From NCBI GenBank assembly GCA_913775005.1, contig CAJYKY010000383.1, positions 1 through 55,190 on the forward strand: a stretch of DNA of 55,190 bases. The letters are read 5' to 3'. Positions 42,509 to 51,992 of the stretch are shown here, one piece after another. Source of the stretch: an uncultured Achromobacter sp. GTDB lineage: Bacteria > Pseudomonadota > Gammaproteobacteria > Burkholderiales > Burkholderiaceae_B. Under the pieces are notes generated by a model that did not search any database, was not told the origin of the DNA, and was given only the letters and a program-made list of their open reading frames with translations. Position numbers and translations under genes: made by a program. How positions within the stretch are numbered: the stretch's first letter is position 1; each line of letters opens with the position of its first letter.

Positions 42509-42700
42509 CAGGAGCTCCCAGGCGCGGGCCCGGAAAATCAAAAGCCGTCGGGAACCGAACGTTAAGGTTCAGGGCGGCGGTCGGGCATGGCCGGAAAAAA
42601 ATCGGGAAAGTCTTGAATTTTAGCGGTTTTTCGTGAAGCGTCGGTGTCCGGCCCGGCGGGGCTGCGCCGGGGCCACAGATTGCCTGCCTGGATGGCCTGC

Positions 42701-43984
42701 CTAGACCGGCAGCAGGAACATCACCGCCGCGATCAGGGTCGGCCCCAACGCCGACAGGAACAGGCGGCCCGACGAAATGCTGCCGTCCGGAAAATGGTTT
42801 TTCAGGATGGCAAAACCCGCCGGGTTGGGCGCGTTGGCAATCACGGTCAGCCCCCCGCCCGTGACGGCGCCGGCCACCAGCATGTAACGCCAGGCCTCGC
42901 TCGTGCCCTCCACCAGCGACCCCAGATACGTCAGCGCGGCGTTGTCGGTAATGGCCGTCAACGCCGTTGCGCCCCAGAACAGCACAAAGGGTTCCAAGCC
43001 GCCCAGCAGATCCTGCAACCACCATTTCTGCAAACCGCCCAGCACCACCAGCCCGGCCAGAAAGAAGCCCACCATCAGTCCTTCTTTGATCAGCAGGCGG
43101 TTCTGATGGCGCTTGTACGCTTCCGAGAAGCCGATGAACATCATCAGCAGGCCCAGGAAAATCGCGGGGTGATGCGCCGTCAGCACCACGGCCACCAGGA
43201 AGACGAGGTGCACCAGGATCACGATGGCGGGCACGGGCGGACGCTTGTCCGCGCCCTCTTCGCCGTCCACGCCGCTGCCCGTCCCTACCGACCGTTCCAT
43301 CAGCGCCTTGCGGCAGATGAAGGTGAGCAGGCCTGCGTTCAGGCACACGGCGATGGCGGCACGCCAGCCGAAATGCTGCGCCATGTATGCCGTGTCCCAG
43401 TTGAACGTGGACGCCACCATCAGCACCGGCGGCGCGGCATAAGACGTCAGCACGCCGCCAATCGACACGTTCACGAACAGCACGCCCAGCGTCAGATACT
43501 TGAAGCCCGCGCGGCCGCTCGTGCGGAAATAAGCGTCGCGCAGCAAGATCGCGGCCAGCGTCATGGCGGCCGGTTCGGTAATGAAGGAACCGCCCAGCGG
43601 CACCAGCGCCATCACCACGAAGAAGGTGGCCAATTCACGCGGCAGCGGCAACACGCGCGCCACGATGCGCACCATCAAGCCCACCATTTCCAGGATGGGC
43701 CGGCTGGCCGCCACCACCATGATCACAAAGACGAACAGCGGCTCGGTGAAGTTGCGCGTGTCCATGTAGTTGATCGCGCTGGCCGGGCCGGACAGCGCGG
43801 CCATCGTCACGATCAGCGCAAAGGCCCAGACGCCGAACACCGCTTCGACTTCAGCCAGCAGATGCCAGAAGCCCGCGTGGGGACCGCCACGGTGCGCCAG
43901 CCGCGCAAACACAGGGACCGAGAACGTATGAAGCACCGCCACGGCGAACAGAATTGTGGCGATGACTTCAATGGGCTGAGGCAT
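42701..43984 (-). CDS. Putative Na+/H+ antiporter (DUF1504 family)
   Basis: HLLAEVEAVFG, TEPAAMT, TDNAALTYLG, TVIANAPNPAG. Confidence 0.8.
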   Translation of the reverse strand: MPQPIEVIATILFAVAVLHTFSVPVFARLAHRGGPHAGFWHLLAEVEAVFGVWAFALIVTMAALSGPASAINYMDTRNFTEPLFVFVIMVVAASRPILEMVGLMVRIVARVLPLPRELATFFVVMALVPLGGSFITEPAAMTLAAILLRDAYFRTSGRAGFKYLTLGVLFVNVSIGGVLTSYAAPPVLMVASTFNWDTAYMAQHFGWRAAIAVCLNAGLLTFICRKALMERSVGTGSGVDGEEGADKRPPVPAIVILVHLVFLVAVVLTAHHPAIFLGLLMMFIGFSEAYKRHQNRLLIKEGLMVGFFLAGLVVLGGLQKWWLQDLLGGLEPFVLFWGATALTAITDNAALTYLGSLVEGTSEAWRYMLVAGAVTGGGLTVIANAPNPAGFAILKNHFPDGSISSGRLFLSALGPTLIAAVMFLLPV

Positions 43985-44084
43985 GACGGGACCTTCGCGA
44001 AATAGGGACTCGGACTATAACGCGGCGGCTGCGCGATGAAACTACGGGTCTACACCGGGGTTGGCACGTTGATCCGCCAGCGCA

Positions 44085-44981
44085 TCACGCAATCGGCGCG
44101 GGCGGCTCCGCGCCCAGTTGCGCGGCCTTCATCTCCATCAACAAGCTGTGCAGCATCTCGGTGGACAAGCCATGCAGCACCAGGCGGTAGCCCGCGCGCA
44201 GCGTCGACAGCGGCACCAGCGGGTGGCTGTTGTTGACCAGGATCAGGTGCTGCGGCGCGCCCAGCAACTTGGCCGCATAGATGCCGATGGTCTCGTCCAG
44301 CTGTAGCGAATTGCAGGCGCGCCAGAAATCGTTGTCGGTCAGCATCAGCTGATACAGCGGCGTGAAAAGTTCGATGGCGCTTTGCAGGTCCAGAAAATTC
44401 AGCTTGCCGCGCGGCATGTCCTCCAGCTTGAGCGGCGGATCCTGGATCATCGAAAAATCCACCGACTCGGGCGCGTGCATTTCCACGCCCGCGTCCCGCA
44501 ACGCCTGGTTCAAGCGGATCACGAAGTTGAAGAGGTTCAGGTCATGTTTGACGAAAAGCTCGTCCGCCAAATCATCGATCTCCAGAGGTTCCAGCGGCGT
44601 CGTCGTGATCGGCACCGGGGAATTCGCCGCGATGAAGGCCAGCGCCTGCGCGCCCAGATGGAAGTGGCGCAGGATCAGCCAGTTGGCTTCGGGCGAGACA
44701 AAGCGCTTGAGCCCCCACGCCAGGATGCGGTGCAGCAGCTTGGAATGCGACCAGCGGCGCGGCAGGAAGGTCTTCACCACCTGGATCAGGATGATGAAAG
44801 CGCGCGCCAGCGGCCGCAGAAACGGCAGCAGGTATTGGCGCGACGCGCAGCTGGAATCCGTCAGCCAGGCCTTCTTCACCTTGTCCGGCAGCGGCGTGCT
44901 GCGGTCCAGGTACAAGGCCAGCCAGGGGCTAGGGTCAGCCGGGTCGTGCGGCTTGGCCAGGAATTCGGGTTCCGTGCTCAT
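44085..44981 (-). CDS. Conserved hypothetical protein of the KAS/desaturase cluster
   Basis: ATGA overlap with the upstream fusion gene; motifs PSPWLALYLD, LILRHFH, NSLQLDET; no catalytic family recognised. Confidence 0.75.
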   Translation of the reverse strand: MSTEPEFLAKPHDPADPSPWLALYLDRSTPLPDKVKKAWLTDSSCASRQYLLPFLRPLARAFIILIQVVKTFLPRRWSHSKLLHRILAWGLKRFVSPEANWLILRHFHLGAQALAFIAANSPVPITTTPLEPLEIDDLADELFVKHDLNLFNFVIRLNQALRDAGVEMHAPESVDFSMIQDPPLKLEDMPRGKLNFLDLQSAIELFTPLYQLMLTDNDFWRACNSLQLDETIGIYAAKLLGAPQHLILVNNSHPLVPLSTLRAGYRLVLHGLSTEMLHSLLMEMKAAQLGAEPPAPIA

Positions 44982-46921
44982 GCCGCATCGCCCTCCATCA
45001 CGTGGTGAAACTGCATCAGATACAGCGCGGCGGTGCGGCGCGCGGTGTCGACAATGCGTTGCTCGGCGCGGCCGTCTTCGTCGCAATCCAGCGCCAGCTC
45101 CACGGCGGACAACCAGCGCGCCAGGTGATGCTCGTCGTTATGACCGTGGTATTCCAGAAAGCGGAAAGCGTCCGGCGGCAGCGCGAGGCTGGCCTTCAGC
45201 AAGGGCAGCAGCGCCGGCACGATGCGCTGGCCTGTGCCTTCAATGATGTAGATGGCGCCCAGCAGGCCAATTGGGTCGCGCGTTGCGGCCAGGCTGTGCA
45301 GATAGGCGTTCAGCGCCTCGCCGCCGGGGTTGCGGCGCAGCGCGTCGATGCTGTCGACCGTGCCGCCGGCATTGCGGTAGTCCTGGAAAAGAATCTGGAA
45401 ATCGTTTTGCTCTTCGCCCGCATGCATGTCGATCAGCGCGGCCAGCGGCGCGTACTGTTCCGTGAGCGAGGCCGCGCCTTCGCGCATCCACTTGCTGCCT
45501 TCGCGCACCTGCGGAATCCAGTTTTCCATCCAGTTCAGATAGTCGGACGTCTGGAACTGGCGGTTGCGCAAGCGCCGCACTACCGGCGTGCGCCACACGC
45601 GCGAACGGTAGTCATGCCAGATCGCCGCAAGCTCTGTCAGCAATTGGCCCAGGCCTTGCGGCGCCATGTCGGGGTCATGCGGGGGTGCGATGGCGGCCGC
45701 GTCATCGCTTTGCTCGTGTTCGCGCGGCGGGTGCGCTACTTGCACAGCTTGCGGCGTGGCAGACGCCACGGCCCCCGACGCACCATGCACGGCTTCCGCC
45801 TCCAGCAGCATGTACGCCGCCATGAACCGGCCCGACTCGGGGATGTAGCAGAAGATCTGCTCGCCCGGTTTGATCTCGCGCGTTTCCAGGAACTCGGCCA
45901 GCATGATCAGGATGGACGCCGCCCCCGTGTTGCCGCGCCAGGCCAGGTTGCTGAACCAGCGTTCACGCGGGATCACCAGACCCGCTTTTTCCATCAAGTC
46001 TTCCACCACCGGAATAAATTTTTCCGACGAGTAGTGGCAAAGGAAGTGATCCACCTGGTCGGGATCCAGCCAGCCATCGCGCACCAGCTTGGCGTATTCG
46101 TGAATGCCGATATCGAACAGATGCGGCAACAGGCGGATGTCCTGACGCAGCGACAGCGCGCCATCGGCTTCGGCCTCGTTCCACGACGGATAATCCAGAT
46201 GCCCTTTCTGGCGGTCGGCCGACAGGCCCAGCTGCATGCACACCGGATAGTCGCCCGAGAACGAACGCTGATGCACCCATTTCAATTTCAGCCGCACGCC
46301 GCTGGAAGCGCCTGGCAGCGCACGGCCGGAATTGCCCAGCAACAGCGCGCCCGCGCCGTCCGATAGCATCCAGCGCAAGAAGTGCGCGTCGAAGTCAGCG
46401 TCATAACCGCGCGCGGCAAAGCGCGAGCGCTTGAACAGCCGCGACGGCAGTTCGCTGGCCACGGCCAGCGCGCTGGCGTGTCCGCCCATTTCGACGCCTT
46501 GCGCCGCCACCTGAATGGCCGACACGCCCGCCGCGCAGATGCCGTGCACCGACAGCGTTTCCATCGGATGCGCAGCCAGCTCGCCCTGGATCATGTTCGA
46601 AAAACCCGGCATCAACGCATCACCACCCGACGACCCGCTGGTCAACAGCGACACGGCCGACAGATCGCTGTCATGACGCCGCAGGCAATCCCGGATGGCG
46701 TGGGCGGCCAGCTGCGCATTCGTGTACACCGTCTGCCCTTCCGGGTCGATGGCGTAGTAACGCTGCTTGATGCCGTTCTCAGCCAGGATGCGGCCCTTGA
46801 TGCGCGTGGACATGCGGTTCAGCGGCGCGATGTAGCTGTCCATGGCGTCGTTGGAAACGGGTTCGCCCGGCATGAAATAACCGGCGCTTTCCAGATAGAC
46901 ACGATTGAACGCGATGGGCAT
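44978..46921 (-). CDS. KAS-III/DarB-like condensing enzyme fused to a heme-oxygenase-like diiron domain
   Basis: Cys-His-Asn triad (GICAAG, CHYSS, GNTG), VPESGRF-like IPESGRF; C-terminal HAGEE, YIIEG, YHGHNDEHH. Confidence 0.8.
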   Translation of the reverse strand: MPIAFNRVYLESAGYFMPGEPVSNDAMDSYIAPLNRMSTRIKGRILAENGIKQRYYAIDPEGQTVYTNAQLAAHAIRDCLRRHDSDLSAVSLLTSGSSGGDALMPGFSNMIQGELAAHPMETLSVHGICAAGVSAIQVAAQGVEMGGHASALAVASELPSRLFKRSRFAARGYDADFDAHFLRWMLSDGAGALLLGNSGRALPGASSGVRLKLKWVHQRSFSGDYPVCMQLGLSADRQKGHLDYPSWNEAEADGALSLRQDIRLLPHLFDIGIHEYAKLVRDGWLDPDQVDHFLCHYSSEKFIPVVEDLMEKAGLVIPRERWFSNLAWRGNTGAASILIMLAEFLETREIKPGEQIFCYIPESGRFMAAYMLLEAEAVHGASGAVASATPQAVQVAHPPREHEQSDDAAAIAPPHDPDMAPQGLGQLLTELAAIWHDYRSRVWRTPVVRRLRNRQFQTSDYLNWMENWIPQVREGSKWMREGAASLTEQYAPLAALIDMHAGEEQNDFQILFQDYRNAGGTVDSIDALRRNPGGEALNAYLHSLAATRDPIGLLGAIYIIEGTGQRIVPALLPLLKASLALPPDAFRFLEYHGHNDEHHLARWLSAVELALDCDEDGRAEQRIVDTARRTAALYLMQFHHVMEGDAA

Positions 46922-46955
46922 GGGACAGGTCTCAGGTAAAAGGTGGAACGCGGCG

Positions 46956-47864
46956 CTAGCGGACGTGCTCGGGCGCCATGCATGAACGGCTGCGCAGGCG
47001 CGGCACGACCAGGCTCAGCACAAACACGCGAAACATATAAGGCGCCAGCCCGCGTTCATTCAGCGCGGGATTGACGCGATGGCGGTAATGCTCGCGATGC
47101 AGGCGAGTCAGTTCAGACCAGTGCGCACGCGGATGTTCGTGATGCGCGGTGTGCAAGCCGATGTTGAACAGCAGCGGGTTGACCAAGCCTTCGAAATTGC
47201 GCGCGTAGTTCAGCCCGGCAACGTGGCGCGGGCCACCATCGGCATGCGCGTGTTGCAGGTAATTTGTGGCCAGCAGCCAGTGCAAGCCATGCAACTGCGG
47301 CACGATCACGAACACCAGCGCCTTGACGGGGTTCACCATCAACAGCCCGCCCCACAAGCCGAACCACGCGCCGTACTGCGCCACGCAATAGCGCCACGCG
47401 CCGGGCCAGTGGCGGCGCAAGCGCGCCAGCCACGCAAAGAACATCGGATACAGCACCCAGCCGGCCTGGAAAGGATGCAGCACGTACCCCAGCAGATGAT
47501 TCGTGTCGCCACCGAATCGATACGTGCGCGCGGCATCGCGCGCGCCGTGCTTGTAGCGATGATGGTTAGCCACATGCGCCGGGTAGAACACGAAGGTGGG
47601 ATGCCCTTGCAACAGCGTGATCCAGAAATCGGTCGCGCGATTGGTCCAGCGGCCGTGCCACATCCGGATGTGCGTGTGGTTGTGATGAATAACGCCGATG
47701 CCCAGCGTCAAGAACAGCATCAACGCATACAGCGGCCACCAGAACCCGTGCACCCACTGCCAGGCCGCCAGCGCGGGCAGCGCAGCCAGATAGGCCAGGC
47801 TTTGCCAGTCGCGACGATTGCGCAGCGACGGCAGCCGGCGCCGGGAACTAGGCGCGCCCGCCAA
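46956..47864 (-). CDS. Membrane fatty acid desaturase family protein
   Basis: His boxes HHNHTH, HVANHH, HTAHH. Confidence 0.85.
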   Translation of the reverse strand: MAGAPSSRRRLPSLRNRRDWQSLAYLAALPALAAWQWVHGFWWPLYALMLFLTLGIGVIHHNHTHIRMWHGRWTNRATDFWITLLQGHPTFVFYPAHVANHHRYKHGARDAARTYRFGGDTNHLLGYVLHPFQAGWVLYPMFFAWLARLRRHWPGAWRYCVAQYGAWFGLWGGLLMVNPVKALVFVIVPQLHGLHWLLATNYLQHAHADGGPRHVAGLNYARNFEGLVNPLLFNIGLHTAHHEHPRAHWSELTRLHREHYRHRVNPALNERGLAPYMFRVFVLSLVVPRLRSRSCMAPEHVR

Positions 47865-48624
47865 GCGATTCTCTGCGCTGGAAGGCGTCCAGCTGGGGGG
47901 CCGCCGCTTCGGCTTTCAAGCGCGTGCGGAACAGGCGGTCCATGAAGGTGAACTGAAAACCGTAATTGCCGTTGTAGCAGGCGTGGTGCAGATGATGCCG
48001 GCGGCTGGCAGCGAACCAGTGCGCATACGACACCTTCGGGAAAAAGTCGTAATTGGCGTGGCCGATGCAATTGAAAAACAGGCTGAACAGCGGCACGGAG
48101 GCCAGCGCCCAGAAACTGAAGTCGTGCAGCACCATGGGCAGCATGATCACATTGCCCAGCATCAGCGCTTCGATGGGGTGAAAGCTGTAGGTGGAAAACG
48201 GCGTGGTCACCACCGACCGATGATGCGGCAGGTGAAAGCGGCGCAGCGGCTTGGTATGCAGCAGGCGGTGGTTGATCCAGAAGTGCACGTCGTTCCAGGC
48301 GACCAGCACCAGGATTTCGATCACGACTTTCTGCCAGGTGGGGTCCGGATCCAGATGGGCCCACCCCAGTTGCAACAAACCCCACGGGAAAATCATGCCG
48401 GTGCCGAACAACAGGATGGACAGGCCCGATTGCATGAATTCGCGGCGCAGCTGGCCGGGCGCCAAGGGGCGCGGGTCCAGCGGCCGGCCGATGCCCAATG
48501 CCGGCAGCACGTGTTGCGTCAGCAGCCACGTGGCCGCGCCAAAGAGCAGATAGATGCCGCCGAAAAACAGGAGCCCCGCCAGCATGACCTGCCAGGCGGA
48601 CAAGGCTTCAAAAGCGTGGGCCAT
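47848..48624 (-). CDS. Sterol desaturase/fatty acid hydroxylase family protein
   Basis: HRLLH, HLPHH, HHLHH, NYG. Confidence 0.85.
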   Translation of the reverse strand: MAHAFEALSAWQVMLAGLLFFGGIYLLFGAATWLLTQHVLPALGIGRPLDPRPLAPGQLRREFMQSGLSILLFGTGMIFPWGLLQLGWAHLDPDPTWQKVVIEILVLVAWNDVHFWINHRLLHTKPLRRFHLPHHRSVVTTPFSTYSFHPIEALMLGNVIMLPMVLHDFSFWALASVPLFSLFFNCIGHANYDFFPKVSYAHWFAASRRHHLHHACYNGNYGFQFTFMDRLFRTRLKAEAAAPQLDAFQRRESLGGRA

Positions 48625-48757
48625 GAACGTGTGGTTTCACCCTGAGAATGGCCGCATCATAAGCAATCCGTCAGTTTCCCGGTAGGTCATTTATTACAAA
48701 ATGAATCCGGGCAACACAAAGCTGCCAGCCGCGCCCGGATCACGGCCTAACTTCCGG

Positions 48758-49651
48758 CTATTGGCACGGAAACTGGCGGTTCAAGCCTGCTACGGCCGCA
48801 TCCATGCGTGCCGCCAAGGCCGCGCTGGCCGCCGGCATGGGCAGGCGCAATTCGTCTGTCAACAATCCCTGCCGGCCGAGTTGCGCCTTGAGCGGACCCG
48901 GATTCGGTTCTTCAAACGCCAGCTGAATCACGGGCGCCAAGGCCATGAAGAGGCGGCGGGCAAGGTCCAGCTGCTGCGCGCGCACCGCCTGGTACATCGC
49001 AACGAACAGATCAGGGCGGATGTGCGCCGCCGCCGCGATCATGCCCGCGCCGCCCAGACACAGCACGGACAACGTTTGCAAGTCTTCGCCCGCCAACACA
49101 TTCATCTGGCCGTCGTTGATCAGCGCCAGCGTCTTTTCCAGCGACCCGCCGCAATCCTTGATGGCCGCAATGTTCGGATGCGCGGCCAGCGACAGCAACG
49201 TTGCGGTCTCCAGTGTGGTGCCGGTGCGGTAGGGAATGTCGTAGAGCACCAGGGGAAAGCGCGAGGCATCGGCCAAGCTGCGGAAGTAGGCAGCGGCGCC
49301 CTGTTGGCCGGCGCGCACGTAGTACGGCGCGGGCGCCAGAATGCCGGCCAGCGGGCGTGTGCCGAAGGCCGACAGGCGTTGCAACACATGGCCCTGATGA
49401 TTGCCGGCAAGGCCCATGATGACGGGTAGCCGGCCGGCTTCGGTCAGCACGGCGTCCAGCACGGCCAGCTGTTCGGCGTCATCCAGCGAGGCCGCTTCGC
49501 CCGTGCTGCCGCACACGACCAGGCCATCAACGCCAGCCGCCGCGTAATGGCGCACCAGCCGGCGCAACGCACCGCCATCCACGGCGCCGCCGGAAAACGG
49601 CGTCACCAGCGGCACCCAGACGCCCTGGAAAAGAGATTGTTGAATCGACAT
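48758..49651 (-). CDS. DapA-family (4-hydroxy-tetrahydrodipicolinate synthase-like) protein, probably a paralogue
   Basis: LVTPF, GSTGE, PYY, LYDIPYRTG, IKD (Schiff-base Lys), EPNPGPLK. Confidence 0.85.
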   Translation of the reverse strand: MSIQQSLFQGVWVPLVTPFSGGAVDGGALRRLVRHYAAAGVDGLVVCGSTGEAASLDDAEQLAVLDAVLTEAGRLPVIMGLAGNHQGHVLQRLSAFGTRPLAGILAPAPYYVRAGQQGAAAYFRSLADASRFPLVLYDIPYRTGTTLETATLLSLAAHPNIAAIKDCGGSLEKTLALINDGQMNVLAGEDLQTLSVLCLGGAGMIAAAAHIRPDLFVAMYQAVRAQQLDLARRLFMALAPVIQLAFEEPNPGPLKAQLGRQGLLTDELRLPMPAASAALAARMDAAVAGLNRQFPCQ

Positions 49652-49753
49652 GTGAACACTCCTTCGGTGTAAGGACCGTGGTTGGACCGTACAGAAGTGC
49701 TCGGGATATCAGTGGTGCGCGCGACAGGCGCCAAGAAGCGCCGCCAAGAGGCC

Positions 49754-49803
49754 GCTGTTCCGTCGCCCATCTGACGGAACAGCATGCTCCGGTCAGATGA
49801 GCG
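49754..49803 (-). promoter_or_regulatory. Mutually exclusive RNA hairpins in the dapA-like leader
   Basis: 11-bp stem 49754-49764/49773-49783 competes with stem 49765-49775/49792-49802, which covers the leader stop codon. Confidence 0.65.
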
Positions 49804-49891
49804 GCTGTTTTTTGGATTTCAGGCCGACGGCAGTCAGCACCACGCACAGGGCGCGGATGCAGAAAGCGGAAGAGTTGGCCTGATGAATCAT
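49793..49891 (-). CDS. Putative 32-aa leader peptide MIHQANSSAFCIRALCVVLTAVGLKSKKQPLI
   Basis: Hand-translated; ATG at 49891, AAA-TCC-AAA-AAA near the 3' end, TGA at 49795-49793; below the ORF-track cutoff; no strong Shine-Dalgarno. Confidence 0.55.
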   Translation of the reverse strand: MIHQANSSAFCIRALCVVLTAVGLKSKKQPLI

Positions 49892-49927
49892 GAATGAATG
49901 GAACGCGCGATAAGCGACGGATGCAGA

Positions 49928-49956
49928 AATCTACCGGGCGGCTGCAAGGCTGTCAA
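49928..49956 (-). promoter_or_regulatory. Sigma70 promoter for the leader/dapA-like transcript
   Basis: -35 TTGACA (49956-49951), 17-bp spacer, -10 TAGATT (49933-49928). Confidence 0.7.
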
Positions 49957-50010
49957 CGCGGATCGATACGCGGCGTCCGCAGCCGTGGCTTGGACCTCAG
50001 CGCCTGCCCC

Positions 50011-50496
50011 TTAGCGCAGGCTGGCCAGGAACACAGCGCACAGCGCCTGCATGCCTTGGCGGTCGTCTTCGTCGAAGCGATCGGGCACGGGGCTGTCCAC
50101 ATCCCACACGCCGATCAACTCGCCGTTATGCACCAGCGGCACCACGATCTCGGAACGCGAAGCCGCATCGCAGGCGATGTGGCCTGGGAACGCGTGTACG
50201 TCCGGCACCAGCTGCGTTTCGCGCTGGCTGGCGGCCGCGCCGCACACGCCGCGGTTCAGCGGAATGCGCACGCAGGCCGGCTTGCCCTGGAAAGGCCCCA
50301 GCACCAGTTCCGTGCCGTCGAAGAAATAAAACCCCGCCCAGTTCAGCTCGGGCAGGGCCTGGTAGGCGAGCGCGCTCAGGTTGGCGGCGTTGGCGATGCG
50401 ATCCGGCTCGCCTTCAAGCAGGGCGCGGGCTTGCGCGACCAGCGCTTTGTACAGGGCGGCTTTGGAATCGGCATGAATCGGGGCGGCTTCAAACAT
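50011..50496 (-). CDS. msrC: GAF-domain free methionine-R-sulfoxide reductase
   Basis: LNWAGFY, LGPFQGKPAC, GVCG, HIACDAASRSEIVVP, DVDSP. Confidence 0.88.
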   Translation of the reverse strand: MFEAAPIHADSKAALYKALVAQARALLEGEPDRIANAANLSALAYQALPELNWAGFYFFDGTELVLGPFQGKPACVRIPLNRGVCGAAASQRETQLVPDVHAFPGHIACDAASRSEIVVPLVHNGELIGVWDVDSPVPDRFDEDDRQGMQALCAVFLASLR

Positions 50497-50655
50497 AGCG
50501 GTAAATGTAACTGTACAGGCAGTTTTCGATGCAGGTGATTTTAGGGGTTCTACGCGTTAAAGGGGCCGGGCTGCTACCGTGTGGGACAATACTTTTTTTG
50601 TTGCAGTCCCCCGTACCGCCTCTTTCTTTCACTCTTCTTGATCAAGAAGCAATCC

Positions 50656-51858
50656 ATGGACAAGCCTCTCGAACCTGCGTTTTCCTTTTCGGAACGCGCT
50701 CAGCAACTTACCAGCTCCGCCATCCGCGAGATCCTCAAGGTCACCGAGCGCCCTGAAGTCATTTCGTTCGCAGGCGGCCTGCCGGCGCCCGGCGGCTTCC
50801 CGGTAGAGGTGGTACGTGCTGCATTCGACAAGGTATTGTCCACCAACGGCCGCGCGGCCCTGCAATACGGCCCCACCGAAGGCTACGGCCCGCTGCGCCA
50901 ATGGGTTGCTGATGATCTGAACCGTGCCGGCGCCAACGTCGCCCCCGACCAGGTCCTGATCGTCTCGGGTTCGCAGCAAGCGCTGGACCTGCTGGGCAAA
51001 GTGCTGGTCGACAAAGACAGCAAGGTGCTGGTCGAAGACCCGAGCTACCTGGGCGCGCTGCAATCGTTCAGCCTGTACCAGCCCAAGTTCGTGCCGGTGC
51101 CCACCGACGAAGGCGGCCTGATCCCCGAAGCGATCACGCCCGAACTGGCTGACGGCGCCCGCTTCCTGTACGCGCTGCCCAACTTCCAGAACCCCACCGG
51201 CCGCACGCTGAACCTGGAACGCCGCGTTGCGCTGCTCAAGCGCGCCGCCGAACTGAACCTGACCATCATCGAAGACGACCCCTACGGTGAACTGCGCTAC
51301 GCAGGCGAGCCGCAGCCGGGCCTCATTTCGATGGCGGCCGAATACGGCGCCAACGTCGTGCGCCTGGGCACGTTCTCGAAGGTGCTGGCTCCCGGCTTGC
51401 GCCTGGGCTACATCGTGGGCGGACGCGCGCTGATCAACAAGCTGGTGCAAGCCAAGCAAGCGACCGACCTGCACACGCCCACGCTGACCCAGATGGCCGT
51501 CTACGAAATCGTCAAGGAAGGCTTCCTGGAAGAGCATCTGCCCAATGTGCGCGAAATCTACCGCGCTCAAGGCACCTGCATGCTGCAAGCCATCGCGCGC
51601 GAATTCCCGTCCACCGTCACCTGGACCAAGCCGGAAGGCGGCATGTTCATCTGGCTGACGCTGCCCGAGCACATCGACAGCACCAAGCTGCTGGAAAAGG
51701 CCATCGCCCAGAACGTGGCCTTCGTGCCCGGCGCGCCGTTCTACTGCGGCCCTGGCCGCGCGAACACGCTGCGCCTGAGCTTTGCCACGGTGCCGGAAGA
51801 CAAGATCCGTACCGGCATCGCCATCCTGGGCAAGCTGCTCAAGGAATACACCGCCTAA
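50656..51858 (+). CDS. Class I PLP aminotransferase (LysN/2-aminoadipate transaminase-like)
   Basis: SSAIREILK, ISFAGGLP, PNFQNPTG, EDDPY, GTFSKVLAPGLRLG. Confidence 0.88.
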   Translation: MDKPLEPAFSFSERAQQLTSSAIREILKVTERPEVISFAGGLPAPGGFPVEVVRAAFDKVLSTNGRAALQYGPTEGYGPLRQWVADDLNRAGANVAPDQVLIVSGSQQALDLLGKVLVDKDSKVLVEDPSYLGALQSFSLYQPKFVPVPTDEGGLIPEAITPELADGARFLYALPNFQNPTGRTLNLERRVALLKRAAELNLTIIEDDPYGELRYAGEPQPGLISMAAEYGANVVRLGTFSKVLAPGLRLGYIVGGRALINKLVQAKQATDLHTPTLTQMAVYEIVKEGFLEEHLPNVREIYRAQGTCMLQAIAREFPSTVTWTKPEGGMFIWLTLPEHIDSTKLLEKAIAQNVAFVPGAPFYCGPGRANTLRLSFATVPEDKIRTGIAILGKLLKEYTA

Positions 51859-51929
51859 GCGGCGTTCAAGACGCTGCATGCCGTCAGGCGCGGCCTCAAA
51901 ACCGCGCCTTGATCGGCGATAGACCTTCC

Positions 51930-51960
51930 ACGGCCGGGCGCAATGCCCGGCCGTTGTTTT
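51930..51960 (+). terminator. Rho-independent terminator
   Basis: ACGGCCGGGC-gcaat-GCCCGGCCGT followed by TGTTTT. Confidence 0.7.
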
Positions 51961-51992
51961 ATGCTGTCGGCTTTCCCGACCATTTTCCGACC

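Noticed and set aside
49690-49920. Lysine riboswitch (L-box) or intrinsic terminator upstream of the dapA-like gene
   Set aside because: I could not identify L-box conserved elements by eye, and no U-tract follows the hairpin on the coding strand; an Rfam search is still needed
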